From: Haplodiscus bocki
Taxonomy: Eukaryota
Length of the DNA stretch: 64,000 nucleotides
Assembly: GCA_965655095.1 (NCBI GenBank)
Contig: OZ296655.1
Coordinates: forward strand, 18,724,001-18,788,000
Direction: 5' to 3'
Shown: one piece after another, positions 1 through 14,420 of the stretch
Position numbering within the stretch: position 1 is the first letter of the stretch
How the letters are laid out: each line of letters starts with the position of its first letter
Position numbers and translations under genes: made by a program
Notes under the pieces: generated by a model
The model's input: the letters and a program-made list of their open reading frames with translations, nothing else
The model's database searches: none
What the model was told of the DNA's origin: nothing

Positions 1-3000
1 TTTTTCTGAACCAGAAAACGGATTAAGCGTTAGTTGAGGTTGAGCCTTGAATAAAGATTTAAAATTAAGGTTAAGCTAAGTTAAGAGGTTTAAAGATTAG
101 GTTAGTTTAGGTTGAAATGAAAAAAAGAAAAACGAAAACTGAAAACTATGCGATAAGAAATTATCGTGGAAGAAGAAAAACTACTTTATGATATAAATTG
201 TTAAATTTCACAAGAAAATTTCTCGAAAAAATCAAAAGAGTTGCTGCAGAATGTTCTTTGAAGAGTTTTTCAATCAGTTTTTTGTAAAAACCGTGGAAAG
301 ATTAACAGATGAAGAAGAAACGAAGATGACAACTAGTGTCACCTATCCAAGAAAACTATTTCAAAATTTCGGAGTTGTTTACAACTCAATTTTTATAAAA
401 GGAAAGTTCCAAAACTTTCAGATCAAGAAAATTAATTGAAACAATGTTAAAGTTAGTGTGATCGAAAGAAAAACAAGTTTGAAAGCGATAAGTTGAAAGA
501 AAAGGGCGTTGCAAGCTAAATGAAAGCAATTGAGTCGAATTGAAACGATCAAAACATCATAAAATTTACTACATCAAAACTGGCTTTTAACTCACCAACA
601 CCACTGACTGTTCGTGATTGGATTGAAACATCACGTCAAACATCTGAATGAAAATTGAAATCCCAATGTCGTGTCGTCGTCTTGTCCAAACTGAACTTCA
701 ATTGAACATCAATGAAAGAAATTCGTAATAGCAGTGTTGAATTGCGACTGTTTGCGACTCAATGTTGCTGTTCCACAATCAATGCAAATTTCCTCCAGAA
801 AAGTTTTTACAATCCAAGCATTGAAATGAAGTGTCCAATGTTTCTGAGACTTTTGTCCAAAACACACAGCAGATAATTTGGAAGTATTTAGCAAAATTTC
901 AATGATACTGCCGATCCTTCTCTTGTTTTAGTTTTGCAGTCTTGTAGATGTGGAACTGGACTTCAGCTGGGAACTTGATCTGGACATGGATGATGTGGCT
1001 GGGTTTGGTGGATGACGTGAAGGGATCGCAGCGGGTGGTTGGTATGGAGCACAAGCGGGCTTTTCAGCCCAAAAAGGATAGTTCTTCTCTGTATTGCATC
1101 TTGGATTGTTTCCGAACTGTCACCAAGTTTTAAACTCTTATTTCAGGTGTTGTTGAATGTACTTTCACTATTGGAGACAGCAGTTTATTGGCGAGCGGAC
1201 AAGAATCTTGGATGCATGGATCACAATCCTTTTGGGTTAGTTGAGAGAACCTTTTCAATATTTCAATTATTATTCTTCTGAGCTGTTGATTTTGAGATCA
1301 GCTCTCATCAATATAAAATAAGCATTGTGAACAAATATTTAAGATAGTTTTAAAATGCTAAAATGGTTTAATGTTTATTAAAATGTCAGGGAATTCTGAG
1401 TCTAAGTTTCAAGTTCATCTGTCCTCAACTAAGGCAATGTTTCTGTACATGACACGCACCGACTAACGGAGTCTTCAACAAGCAGAAACAAGCAGACTCA
1501 GGGTTGTCAACCGTATCACTACGCAGAAAATACTCAGAAAGGAACAAAAAAATCGTAGAAGAGCAGTTTGCGACGATTTTTCTAAAATTCTCACGAAAAT
1601 GAAATTTAGTTTGCAAGAGACTAAATTTCGCCTAGCTTCAAAGTGAAAATTCGAAGATGAAAATCGCAGAAAGCTGCAGTTTTGAACATGTTCTTTTGCA
1701 ACTCGTTTCGACTGCGATGTAGCAAACAAAAACTATTTTGGTGGGATAAATACTCACGAAAATGCGAGAAGATATGAATTTTTCGATGTTTTCCTTAACC
1801 TTTTCCGTCAAATTTATCCTGAAAAAAAAACATAAAACTCCCGGCAATAAATCAACCGCGGGAGGTTTTAGTGTTCAGTCAATTAGATAGCAATGGTAAA
1901 CCATAGCAGCAGCTAGGGCCTTGAAAAACGCGATAAAAAACAATTCAGCATTTTCAACTGAAAGCATGGATGCTTGTTTGAACATAAAGAACGTTCAGTT
2001 CGCCAGTGGGTTACAAGTACAGTTGCCAAGTTTTATAAACGCATAAAGCAAATGCCGGAAATATGAAGCCTCAACGTTGTTTTACCTAAAATTTTAGTAA
2101 AGGAAAGCATGAGGCTGTAATCACAAATTTCCCGAACTATTTTGAGAAAATCAGATTGATTCGACTAGGAAGACAGGAGTAAATGGGCGTCAAGCTTGGA
2201 AAACTCCAGATTCGTCGACAGCCGCAAAAATGAGACGGGAGGAAAGGAAAAACAATAAACGAGCAGCGCCGCAAAACAGTTCGATTCGCCATGCTAAACT
2301 CGCCTAAAAGAATCGGCATCAAAACTCGGGAATATGAAAAAGGAGAAGTGACGTGGAGAGAAACAACAACTCTGAAAACGCGTGACTTCTACTACTCCCT
2401 GAAACTATAGCCTCCTATGGGCTGAAGGAAAAGGTACAGGAAGTCAAGAATCAGTTCGCAGAGTATTTATTTTAATATCAGAAGAATGGAATATTTTTAT
2501 TATAGAAGTTTTCAGAAGATGTTGTCTATTGAAATCACAAAAAAAATCGTAAAGAAGGTTAAAGGCAACAATAACAACTGACCGACTTCTCCATCTGCTT
2601 AAATATCCTTAACAATGCGAATGTTGAGCAAACTCGCCCTTATATGGAAAATATATGGTTTCAGTTATCTGATCCGTAGAAACCCGAGGGATAGCTGGCC
2701 CTTTTATTGTGATATACTCACTGTCGAAACCCGAGCGATTTTTCGAACGCTGTCGAACTCGACAACCTGATTTTAAGGGTTGTCACATTAATTTTTTTGA
2801 CCGCTCGTTAATTACTCAATTTTAAATATTTAAACAGGAATTTTATATTGTTACCGTTTAAAAAAGAAGTCAGCCTCAATGCACAATAACAAAAAAAAAC
2901 AACAAAGCATGGGCCAGCGAGAAAAAAGCAGCAGCCGTAAACAGAAACGAAGTTGTGGTGTTTTCATTGTTCTTGAAGCTGATAACATCTTCTACAGCTT

Positions 3001-4797
3001 GGCATCTCTCACAAGCATACACTTTCCGGGCGTCACGGTCTGTAAGAATGCATTGTGCTCATTGTAGCCGGAAAAACCCCTCCTAACACAAAAAAACACA
3101 GGATTGGATGAGAACACGCAATTGAAACACGAAAACTTTAACTGAGGTTGATGAAACTATTGACAATTTCGTGCATGATTGGAGCATATGGAACAAAAGA
3201 ATAAATTACAGCGTTAAACGGACCTGATGTCAGGGCCAATGAAACTGAAGCCACTTACAGAAAAAGAAAGTTTCAACGAAGACAGCAATTTGGTCAAAAA
3301 AATGGTTGCATAGGTTGAAGCCAGAAAAAGCACGAACTGCAACCACACATGCTGAAAATGTGGAGCTTGAAAATATCCCACCGAAAAAATGATTACTATT
3401 GAGAATATTTGGGAAGATTCAAGTTCCAGAAATATTTAAAAACCTCAAGAAACTGAGCTTCGCTCAAGCTGAATTGCATCAAGTGAGAATTGCAATTGAA
3501 ACGACCCTAGAGGTACGAGAAAATTTAAGAAGTCTGGAATGAATTCAGAAAAATTTGAGAAAATAGCCTTTTAACTGCAAAAACAAAAACCTACGGAACA
3601 CCTATTTAAACCAAATTAACCCTCAAAAGCAACTGAACAAAACACCAAAAAATATTACAAAAAACCTGAAAATCATTACCCCTGAAAACATGAAAAATCA
3701 GCATACATTTTTGAAGCCAAGCGCCTCTAGCCATATTTTCAAATTTCAAAAGTAACCTACCTAAAAACAAAATAATGACGTAATTTCCTATGAGGACAGC
3801 TTTACATCCACATACAAATAATGCTCCCTTCACAGACTAAACGCAAATACGTTCTTACTAATGTGTAGAAAAGAAATACGCAATTCGCGCAGCAAACATC
3901 GCTTTTCGAGGGAGCCTGTTTAGGACATACACACACGTTTTATAAGTGGTAAAAATCAACCAAACCAAAAAAGAATAGGTTTCATTTTCACTGCAGAAAA
4001 GATGTCCGCGCAGCGACCATTACATCATTACTCTTCGAGAGAGATTGCTCAATAGTAAAATGCATATATAGATATACAACCAGTCTAAATTCGACTGCTA
4101 TAGCCTATTGGTAATGTCATTGACTAAAGTCAGGGCCGCTAGCGGTCGAAGTGTTTGTGGTTGTCTTACCAACGTCCCACTGTCTTTGAAGACTTCGCTG
4201 CAGGAAGGAAATGTGAGTCAGTCCATTCGAAATAATTCATTTGATAAAGTGAGAATTTCGCGATGAACGCTTTGTTGGAGAGACTCGAAACAGTGAAACT
4301 ACACTAGTTAGCCAATGAAAGTTTCAAAAAACTGAAATGACAGGTAAAAGAATTGTTACCTATAATTCAAGAAAAAACTTTTCGCAGGCTTCCGTTGAAC
4401 TCAGGTTGAAAAAAAACCTCCAAAAACTCTGAAAAACTTTTTCAAACAATGAAGTCCTTGAAAAATGATGTACAAAACTCGTAGAATTTGTAACCTTACA
4501 ATTGAAAGAACAATAGTTCTTGGTATTCTAAACAAAAAATTCATAGGAGAGTTTTCACTGTAATGTTTGTGATAGAATTGTAAGAACTGCTGACCAACCT
4601 GATCAACGAGAAGCTCAAATTTGAAGCAACATTAAATGACTGAAGCTAAAAATACAAGAAGAGTTTTTTTGACTGTGTGTTTTGTCAACTTTTTGAAAAA
4701 ATTTTTGATGAAAGAAAGAAAGACTTTGTTTTCCACATGCGCGGCTCAAATGACACATACACTTGAAAGAAGAAATATCCTGCATATGCACATGTAG

Positions 4798-4817
4798 AGG
4801 ACCCTCTATAAGGTCCT
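4798..4817 (-). other. 3' UTR stem-loop of the LINE
   Basis: AGGACC-ctctataa-GGTCCT, a perfect 6 bp stem about 80 nt from the microsatellite tail, as expected for CR1/L2-type 3' recognition. Confidence 0.45.
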
Positions 4818-4871
4818 AACCTTTTCGAGAGGAACCGAAAGCTCCAAAGCTATGTAGCAGCATTTGTTAGT

Positions 4872-7750
4872 TTAGTTTCTCAGACTTCGAAATATGAGTT
4901 CGGCTAGTGTCTCAGGGCAGCTGCTGTTTTTTGCTTCTCTTACCTTATGAATTAGTTGGTTTTCTGACCATTGAAGTATGTTATCGGTAGAGTAACAATT
5001 TGTGATGAAGTAATTTAATACTTTTGAACCGCGGTTTTTTATAGACTGCTCTTCTCGCAAGTTCGAAGTACGAAGATGGTAAAAGGCACCGCTACTTACA
5101 CTCCTCGTTTCATGAACCTTGAAGCGTGTCTTATAGAAGCTGTTAAGAAAATAGGACCAGTTTTCTCCGCGCACTAATTTAAGACAGAATTTAAGAAGCT
5201 CCATAGCGTACACCTCGAACACATTTGAAAATCCATTTTGAAAGAACAGTTCTCGACTAGGGTGAAATTGCGGCTTAATGTGAATTATTCTGAGTACTTT
5301 TTTTTGAATGATGTAAATGGGGTTCAATTGGTGTCTTGATGTACAACCATAAACCAACAAACCCTATATGATGATTGGTTCGATATATGTTTGGTAATAC
5401 TTCAATAAAGTTCCGCTGGGTACGTAATGTCTCAGTCGAGCTTTGACGGACAAATGCTTTGAAAGTTTTTTTCACTACGTCTTTGATATGGGAGTGAAAC
5501 GAGAGTTTAGCATCAATATGATTCCCCAAATACTTTTCACTTTCGTCATTCACTAAATTTACACCCATAAACTGAACAATAAAAGTATAGTTGAATTGCA
5601 GCATTTGTGTTTTCGGAATGTTGAGAGCTAGCTTTTTTAAATTCCTTCATGATGGAACATTCATTAGTTCTTTGATGAGACACGAGGTTAATGATTCCTT
5701 TTTAGAGTATATCAAGTTTGCGTCATCAGCGAAAAGATACGTGGTCACATTTGGGCAACATTTAGGAAAGTCAATTATGTAAATAATAAAGAGTAAAGGC
5801 CCTAGTAACGAGCCCTGTGAATCACCACACTTGATCGGCCCGAAGTTTGACCATTTATCGTTTACAAATACAGCCTGTTTCCTGTTTCTTAGTTATGATT
5901 AAAACCATTTATTCACAATTCCCCTGACACCGCATTGTGACAGTTTTTCCAATAATCTGTAATGATTAATGGTACCAAAAACTTTTCGAAGATCTAGCAT
6001 AAAACTGGTAAATTCTTCATCGGTGCCTGATCGTATGTTCTCAGTGATCGCTATTAGCGCATCCACAGTTGAATGCTTAGATCTGAATCCAAATTGCTTC
6101 TCACAAAGCATGTCGTTTTTGTCGAGGATTTTGATTAGACGATTGTACATGATTTTCTCAAGTACTTTACTCAAAACTGGTAGTGAAGAAATTGATCTCT
6201 AAATATCAACATCGGTTTTATTTCGAAATTTAAATAGTGGAATTACTTCGGCATTTTTCAGACAGTCTGGAAACTCGCCGTGACTAATTGTTTGACTTAT
6301 TAACTTTTGTAGATATGGGACTATAGCCAGAACAGATATCTTCAAAACCTCAGCAGAAAGTTCATCAACGCCGGATGCTTTGCCAATTTTAAGATTGGCA
6401 ATTGAACGAGGATTTCGTCTAGTGATGTTGGGTATAAATACATGCTAGTCAAAGTACGCTCCGATTGCATTTCTTCAACCGACATTGCAGATATGGATCT
6501 GGAGACACGTTAACCCTGTGAAGCAAATCTTTGATTTGAAAAGTCTGCTAGATTGTCTTCTCGAATGACTACATTGTGTTCCGGTTCAATGATGCGAACT
6601 CCATCCTTGGTTACATTCCTTCCAGATAATTTATTTAATTCCCTGTAAAACCACCTGGATTGTTTCATTTTACTCTCGAACTTTCTGTTTTAGAAATTAT
6701 ATTTCTCACTTTATATCAAGCAATTTGTATAATTTCTCGAGGCAGTATACCTTAGTTTGTTTGCCGATGTTGTGTTTGGAAGATATTGCTTCACATAAGT
6801 ATCACGAAGTAGAATTTGATTTTTAATCTTTTTGCTATACCAAGGTACAATGTTTTCTTTTTGGACGAATTGCTTTTCAACAGTAAAACTGACGGTGGTT
6901 TCGTTTATCGCATGAGTCAAAAGAGAAAAATTAACATTCACGTCTGAAGCAAATGGGGTGTGTAACAATCTTTCATCATGAAGACTACGCAGATAAAGCA
7001 CTCTTGAAACTTCGTTGGTTGAAAAACTAATCAATTTTACTTGAGTTAAGACTTTCTGCTCTTCTGTTCGACAGTATGGTATTATCACTTTCGTTGCATA
7101 ATGATCTGTTATAGTTGGATGTATTACATCATATGTATTTTGCAAATTATTATTGTGAAACACACGGTCTAGAAAAGTTTTCGATACCGGAGTAACACGG
7201 GTTGGCTTTGCTATATGTTGGGTAAAGCTACTCAATAGCGTTGATTCGATATAATTGTTCAGAATGATATTGGTTTCAAGCAAATTGATATTCATATCCA
7301 CAACAATATAATATGGGTGCTTGGAATTTGCTAAAACCGAAGACCATGTAGACATTTTTGTACGAGAGTTAGCTTATTACAAGATGGCTAGTTATACACA
7401 CATGCAACCATAAAACGGTTTTTTGACGCATTTGTAAATTTCACTGCAACTGCAGGTAAGCTCTCGTGAAATTCAACAACCTGATAGTGAAGCGATTTAT
7501 TTACACAAATCCCAGCACCACTGTTTCTATTAAATCCTGCGAGCGAAATCAATCTGCGATACTCCGGTATCTCAGACAGACTCAACGTAGAGTCATCTGA
7601 CGGCCACGTTTCTGTCAAACGTATAACAGACGTCTTGTTTAAATTTTGATCTTCAGTAAACATCATTAGTTCGTCAAAATGATTTTCGAGCGGTCGAACC
7701 TTCATATGAAAATTCCAATCAGTACCTTCTACTTCTTGTTTTTTAATATT
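4872..7750 (-). pseudogene. LINE ORF2: AP endonuclease plus reverse transcriptase, disrupted
   Basis: APE motifs LTETW, DMNINLL, PTRVT..SKTFLD and ITDHY. RT motifs SKVLEK, QFGFRSKHSTVDAL, LDLRKVFGTINH, QGSLLGPLLFIIYI, FADDA, KYLG and VYGCT..QKKVLRII. Confidence 0.93.
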
Positions 7751-7761
7751 ACGACGGTACT

Positions 7762-8525
7762 CTACTGAAAATTTAGTTTATCAGCACATACACGTATGAA
7801 AAAACCCGGATCCCATTTGTATAATTCATGCAATGTATGAAAAACAACTTTATCTTTATTGGTTTGGTACACGATTAATTTCTCATTGATCATGTTTGCA
7901 GCTTTGACATCCGGTTTTTCTTTGAGCGATTTTAGAAGACGCGCCCTCAAGTGAGTGATATCATCCTTGATTTAAATAGGACTACCTGAATGATGTCGCA
8001 AACCACTTTTCTTTTTCATCAATGCCAGTTTTGTTTCTCTCCGGACAAACTTCACAGTTTTAGGTTTACCTGATTGTCCTATTGCAGGGAGACGATTGCA
8101 TACACTAACATTACTCTCACAAATTTCAACACCTGTTCCTTTCACCACATCCACAACCTGCTGATACACATTCTCTCCTGTTTGATCTTCCACACCGAAT
8201 ATCTTGACATTTTCTCTTCGTCCGCATTGTTCATTGGCAACCGATAAAACAAATTTGAGAGCCTAGTCTCTTCTACTTTTGAATCACCATGAGCTTCCTT
8301 CCGCAACTTTTCAACTTCCGTAAAGGCACAGTAACCACAAAAAGAGGATCGCTCAGTGAAATTTTTTGGCAGTCGTGTAAGGAGCCACACTGGTACCCAT
8401 GCCACACATCCATTTCCATCTTGACCAGGTCTACTACACTCTATCAAGTGATTCTTGCCCTCTTCATCAGTGAACACTTCGTCTGATACACTAGTTTTCA
8501 TTTGCGTCACCTTCTTTCGTGGCAT
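7762..8525 (-). pseudogene. LINE ORF1 (Cys-rich PHD-like N-terminus, coiled coil, L1-type RRM and CTD), frameshifted
   Basis: IECS...CVAW...FCGYC; NVKIFGVEDQTGENVYQQVVDV...VSVCNRLP...VKFVRRETK...IKDDITHLRARLL. Pieces are ORFs 8142-8576, 7972-8193 and 7762-7950. Confidence 0.8.
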
Positions 8526-8949
8526 CACAATATGAAATTGTTTAATAAGTTTATCACAACAATTAGGCTGCAACAATGAGGGTGATCACTAAACTTTCGA
8601 AAACCATAATTTTTTTAGTTGATAAAAACATCTGGAGAGACATAATCTAGGTCTTGAAGGGGATAAGAATTGCGATTTTTGACTATAAAAGTTTGAAGAA
8701 GATGATAATGAACCAGATTACAATGTTCAATGTTCATCATTGAAAATTTTACTTATTGACGATGATGAAGACTTTTAAGCTGTAGTTTTTTCATCAAGAT
8801 GGTAAGGTTAATGATAAAGAAAATTAACAACCTGGAACCGTGTTCCATATACAAAAAACTGAACAATCATTGCAACTGAAATTATATTCATCAAATGGAG
8901 AATTAAGCTCCTAAAACTTGACGTTTGCAATATTAAACTTCAAATCAAG

Positions 8950-11900
8950 ATGACAGGAGGAAAACCAACAGGCATCTTGCAGTATTTAGAGAAAACTATT
9001 GGCGACTTTGTGAAAAAAATATTGATTTTAGCTTATGAGAAAGCTCAATTAGAATCCGTTAATACAAACAAAATTAATGTCGAAGCGTCAAACATGTGAG
9101 AAATGTATAAATGTCAAAAGTAAATCTTCTCATTTTAAATGTTTCGCTCAAAAAAGAAAAATTTTATTCTATAATAGAAAAACACGTTACTGATGAAAAT
9201 ATTTATTTGTTGATCCAGATGTTTAACGTAGATAGCATAATAGAAGGTGCTATTGGAGATTGAATGCAAAATTTTATGCAATTATGTAGAAATATGACTG
9301 TGAATACAAAGTACATCTTGCTAGAGAAGAAGAAGGAGAAGACGCAGCTTTTTTTAACAATAGCCAACAAATATTAAATTTATATGACCCAATGGATGAG
9401 CAGAAACATTCTTTCTTTATAATCCATGAAAATGAACAGAGAGAAAGTGGCTTTAGTTTTGATAGTGTAATAAAAATTGGAATGAAACTTTACAGATATA
9501 ATGATATAGGTGTGTCTACTTATTGTATAATACTTGAACCATGTTGTCATTCAAAATGAATTGCAAACCATCACTTTGCAGAAGATAATTTTTGTTTCAT
9601 ACGGTGAATTTTAGCGTCTTTAGATTACATAGATACACATCGTGAGCAAGTTTAACTTCTAAAGAGAAACTTTGCGGAAATTAATGTAGAAAACATGTAA
9701 TTCCCACTAAAAAATTAAAATCTACAAAAATTCGAGAAGCTACTACACCTTAAAAACATTTTTTTTTGAATTACCAACTTTTAATTATTTTGTATCCGTA
9801 TTTTTTAACATAAGCTGTTATGATGAAAAAAAGATCTACTCTTTTACAGAAACCATTTTTTTGTTACATAATTTACATCTTCCTGTAACAGAACGAATAA
9901 GTATACAAATGTGTGAAGAAGATGTTTAAATACAATTGAAAGCAAATCTCATTATGGAAACCACAAGACAAGATATATTGAACACAAGATTAGTAACATA
10001 TCTCACTTTAATCCAAATAAAAAGATAGTTTTTTGATTTTTTCAAGAAGTGGTCCTACCAAAATTGGTAATGCTGAGTTTAAGTGTAAGAACATAGCAGT
10101 AGAGGACCTTCATCAAAAGACTTTGTTTCGAATAAAAATAGAAGGAGTAGCATATAACATAAGAAAAAAATATGAATCGCGATGCTATAAGATTGACGAA
10201 AAATTTTGAAAATAGTGAATCTTTTGGAGAAATTTGTGTTGAAACACTGGGAATGAAATATCAGACCTTGAGTGAAATAGGAAGCATTATTTTCTAAATA
10301 AACTTTGATACAATACGTCATTGTGATTTTAATGGAAGTAAATGTTCGTCATGTGAAAAAGTTTCTAAAATTGAAAACCGTGGCTCAGAGAGCCACACTA
10401 CTTCAGGGGAAGAAAACAATCCAGTTGTTTAAAATCACTGTCAATTGACAGGCAAAATCAGAGGATTAGAAGATAACAAACGTAACCTAAAGTCACAAAA
10501 GAATTCTGCTTCCTTTGTACCAATATTTTCTGTACGTTTTCCGGATATGATTACCGTCTACGCTTTCAAAAACAAATATTTATAGCCACTGAAAAAAAAA
10601 TGAAAAAGAAGAAGTTGACAATTTAAAAAAATCATCAGAAAACTAATTGTCTGTGAACAAGATGTTTGAATTTCATAGAATCGTAAAGTTTTTTGAACCC
10701 TGAATCAGAAGAACGATCCACAACAAAAGAATCAGTCCCAACAATAGATGCAAAATTTTTATGAAGGATGAGTTGTTTAAAACAAAAATAGCCTACCCAA
10801 AAGAAAGTTCAATTTACTCAGCCGTTTCAGGAGATATTGAACCTAAAAAGGAAGATTTTTTTCGAGTTTAAAAAAATTTACCTCAAATGATGAAGAAACT
10901 ACGAAAACACAGACATTAACTGAAAACTATAGTATCATCATAGGAAAAGAACCTACAATGGGGTATCTGAATAATGAATTACTTTTATAAACGATAGTGT
11001 TTCAAATTTATAAAATCACATGAAAGCCTGCATATGGTTTCAATCCATTTTAATCCTATAGTCAGCGTAGTTTTATATGGAAAAATGGTCCAAAAAAGGA
11101 GTAGATTTGAAAAAATATCACAAACAAAAATCTCAGAAAAAAACTCGATAAAACAATTGAAGATGGCCAAGCATTGATCATGGAAAAACGTTAAGTAAAA
11201 CGGGATTAAACAAGAAAAATACTATTCTGGGATATTAAGAATTTAATTGGAAAAAGTCTGCGTCCTTTTCTACCAACACGATCTATAATTGAAATTGAAG
11301 TCAATGAATAAAAAAATTATAAATATTAAAATCATTTTTTGATCCTAAAGACCACCATAAAAACGGATATTTTTCACTGTGATTTGGAATTCCAGCCAAA
11401 AATACAAAAACAACTGAAGTTTCCCCATTTTGTCCGGAGAAAAAAACAATCAAAATAAACACTCTTTCAGTGTGTAGGCTTGAAAAAAATCATTAGAAAA
11501 GGAACCCAAAGGCAAATTGGTTATGGATCGAACAAAAAAAACAAAAGTTTTTGTTGCATTATACAGATGTAAGTTTACATAAAAAGCATGGAAACAAAAT
11601 TACAAAACTACACGCTGTTTATCACTTTAAGTACTCACTCATTGTGGAAAAAATACCAAATATTACGCAGATCAAGGAGTTAAAGCAGAAACCAAATTTG
11701 AAAAAGATTTTCACAGACTAACATTTAGTGGTTTGAACGGAAAATTAACGAAAAAAAAAATAAAAATGGGAAAACTTTGATCCCATAGATCAAACGGATC
11801 TACAAAAAAAATTGACAACCTAAAATAACATTTACTGATAAACTTGGCGAAAAAGAAAGATTTAGTTTTTATTCTTCCCGTAGAAAAACTGTTATTTTCA

Positions 11901-12440
11901 CGAAACTCACTGTTGTTGGATTTTTTTTGTTAGAACTGTCGAAATTATTATTGTATTTCTGGTATCATTGTGACATACTCCGTATTTTTAGAGAAAAAAA
12001 TGTAAAGTTAAATTTTAAGGATACAATAATATTTGTAACTTCAATTACTGAATTTAAAAGTTTAGTTCACGATTTGAAAAAGTTTAGTAAAAATTTAGAC
12101 ATTAGTGAAAAAGATCAATGACATGAACTATTTTTGAAAGAGATCATGAAAGTTTTAGGATAGATGATACTTGAATCAACTCCAGAAATTGAAACGGATG
12201 ACGCAGTGTTTTTTAGGAGTAAAAAATTTTTTGGAAAAAACTCCCAAAATCTTTCGAATGAAAACAAAACGGAGTACAAACTTTTAAAAAATACACATTA
12301 AAAGATTTTAAAACATGCCTAGAAAACAACGAAAATGTGTATGGAGGTAGGTATTGTTTCAAAAGAAAGAAACATGCGTTTCCATTGATAAAATAGCCAG
12401 GGCAGCTTTAATCACATTTGAAGACAAAAGATGTTAAATG
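8950..12440 (+). pseudogene. Protein-primed DNA polymerase B of Polinton #1, heavily degraded
   Basis: Manual translation gives ESGFSFD, DNFCFIR*ILASL, NHCQLTGKIRGLE..K.NL, SGYDY-like Exo II, motif A remnant ILFWDIKNLIG, motif B remnant FHRLTFSGLNGK, VG...LELSKLLLY, motif C remnant LNFKDTII, and a C-terminal ALITFEDKR. Confidence 0.85.
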
Positions 12441-12539
12441 AATGCACCATTAATATGCTTTTAATAATATTACACCAAGATATTTTTTAATACTGCTATG
12501 AGTATTAAAAAAAATTTAAGACTATGGAAGTGTGCCATG

Positions 12540-13410
12540 GTTTCAGTGTCATTGTCGATATGAAGTTGATGCCTTGAATGGCTAAGGGAACCACCAGTGA
12601 TTAAGAAAAAATTTTGCTAAAAACCCAAAAAAATCACGGTACTAACAAAACTGATGTAAATTGCATAGATGATACTTAGAGCATGGACCGATTAGACCTG
12701 AATCAATATCGTTCAAAAACTAAAAAAAAAATAACAGATTGTTTCGCCTTTGTGATTGATTTTTTCCTGAAATTTGAATGGACACAACAATTAACGAAGA
12801 CTCAGACATTACAAGATTCATTTGAGAATATCCTTAAATCTTCAAAAAGATCGTCAAATATAAATTAAATCGTTGATGGAAAAGAACTTAAAAACACTTC
12901 TACCGATTTCCCTAGGAAAAACAAAATTAGAAGATAAAGTCGCTTTTCATCAGAGTGAGCTATTTTGATTAAAGTTTCAAATAAAATAATACAGATCTTC
13001 CTATGAAACCAGTATTCAAGAAACGAAATGCTAGTTGGATTGATGGAATTTTTCCGGCCAAAACACAATTTACTAATTAAAAAAATTCTTTAACTACATT
13101 AACAGCAATTCAAGCACCTTTCAAAAAACCGAAAGATGTGTTTACCAAAAGTTAAGAGACAAAAGTAGGAAAACAAAATTAAAGCTTTTATTAGGAGAAG
13201 TAGTTACAAATGCAGACACGAAACTGCAGTTTTTCTGAAGACAAACCAACAAATCGTCACCTAAATTGCACTCAATTACAAAAGTTCTCAATGATACGAT
13301 AAAAACTTATCAAATAAAAAAGTCGCTTGAAAAATATGCCGAAACTTTGTTGAAGAAGTTGGAAATAACAATGGAGGAAAATGGGAATACTAAAGAAAAA
13401 ATGAAACTGA
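12540..13410 (+). pseudogene. Retroviral-like (c-)integrase of Polinton #1
   Basis: IDDT*SMDRLDL...VIDFFLKFEWT...QTLQDSFENILKSSKR...IVDGKEL. The C-terminus (ITKVLNDTIKTYQI...EKYAETLLKKLEITMEEN) is homologous to the 45574 ORF. Confidence 0.85.
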
Positions 13411-14420
13411 AACAAATCGAAATGTTTATGACCATCACTATTGTTCGATTACAATTTTTTAGTCAAGAGAAATGCGTAGCTAAAGTACCAACTGGAAAAT
13501 AAGGTACGGGTTTAGTACTAAATTTGGAGTCTGTTTCCACATTTTGAGGACTAAACAAAAGGTTTTCGTAACAGATGTCAGAAATGTACCAATCAAAATT
13601 AGCATTTTTTCTGAACTAATTTGGGGAAAAATCAAGTTGAAGACTATTAACTATTGCCAATTACATAAAAAAGATATAAACTCCCATAAGGCTTGACAAT
13701 AAGTATGAATAGCTCAATCTGAACTTATACCCATTTAAAGAAATCGTTTTGCTCCAGTAATACTTTGAGAAAAGAGAATAAAAGGTCTATGAAAAAACCC
13801 AGTATCTCAATTGTCAAAATTTATTCTTTTTTCATTTTTAAAGCCTACTATAACATTTATCGGGCCATCAATTCCGCTTTCATCTCCCAAAATAGGAAAT
13901 CAAGTATTTTGAGCATGTACATCTTTTACAAAAACAAATCTTGCAATGTAGAACAAATTGTATGTGCTCCGGAAACATGGTGGTCTTTCAATAATGTTTG
14001 TTCAGTAACTTTTGAGGCGTAATAAAGTACATACCAACTATTATCTTTTAATGTAACAATTGCTCCAGGTTTTTATTCCGGCTAAAATATGATGAAAAAC
14101 TTTTCTATTACTATTTTTATCTCAATTATTTTATATCCCAAACTATAGGTAGCAGTTTCTTGACGATCTGCAAAGTCAAATTTATCTTTATGAAAAATCT
14201 TAAATTAAGAGTTTCCTTTTGCAGGAGCTTCCTTGTAAATATGCGAAAAAGTCATCCTTTCTGCTAGACTATGATGAAAGCCAATAGACTAGTCATCACT
14301 ATTTTTACTGCTTGGTTTTAATTTGTACTATAAACAAACAAAATGATCCTTAGTGACAGTTTCAAATTCTTTTTCATTACTAAAGTTTAATTTGAATTGA
14401 ATAAAAAAGCAATTGTTCCG
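13410..14420 (-). pseudogene. Major capsid protein (double jelly-roll) of Polinton #1
   Basis: Minus-strand remnants YKLKPSSKNSDD*SIGFH and C-terminal NSDGHKHFDL match MCP motifs YKMLSSSRDSDDLSIDF and SSDGQRQFDLI at 45862-47148. Confidence 0.75.

Larger units (their letters stand above)
4710..8575 (-). mobile_element. Near full-length non-LTR retrotransposon (CR1/L2 group, Crack/Daphne-like) inserted in the Polinton TIR
   Basis: ORF1 and APE-RT ORF2 on the minus strand, a 3' UTR hairpin, and a (CTTT)n tail (aaagaaagaaag on + at ~4710-4722). It interrupts TIR colinearity. Confidence 0.92.
3560..8760 (+). repeat. Left terminal inverted repeat of Polinton #1 (~3560-4710 plus ~8575-8760, split by a LINE)
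   Basis: Blocks such as ctatttaaaccaaattaaccc, cctaaaaacaaaataatgacg, ggtaatgtcattgactaaagt, gtcgaagtgtttgtggttgtcttaccaacg and gtgtgttttgtcaactttttg occur as reverse complements at 21200-22448. Similarity resumes after 8575. Confidence 0.88.

Noticed and set aside
20-115. TTAGG/TTAAGG-like repeats suggesting a telomere
   Set aside because: Short and highly irregular; no clean tandem array.
130-3550. Possible decayed coding or transposon sequence (short ORFs, a lone CCTTATATGG at 2638)
   Set aside because: No motif I can assign to a family; a single CArG match is expected by chance.
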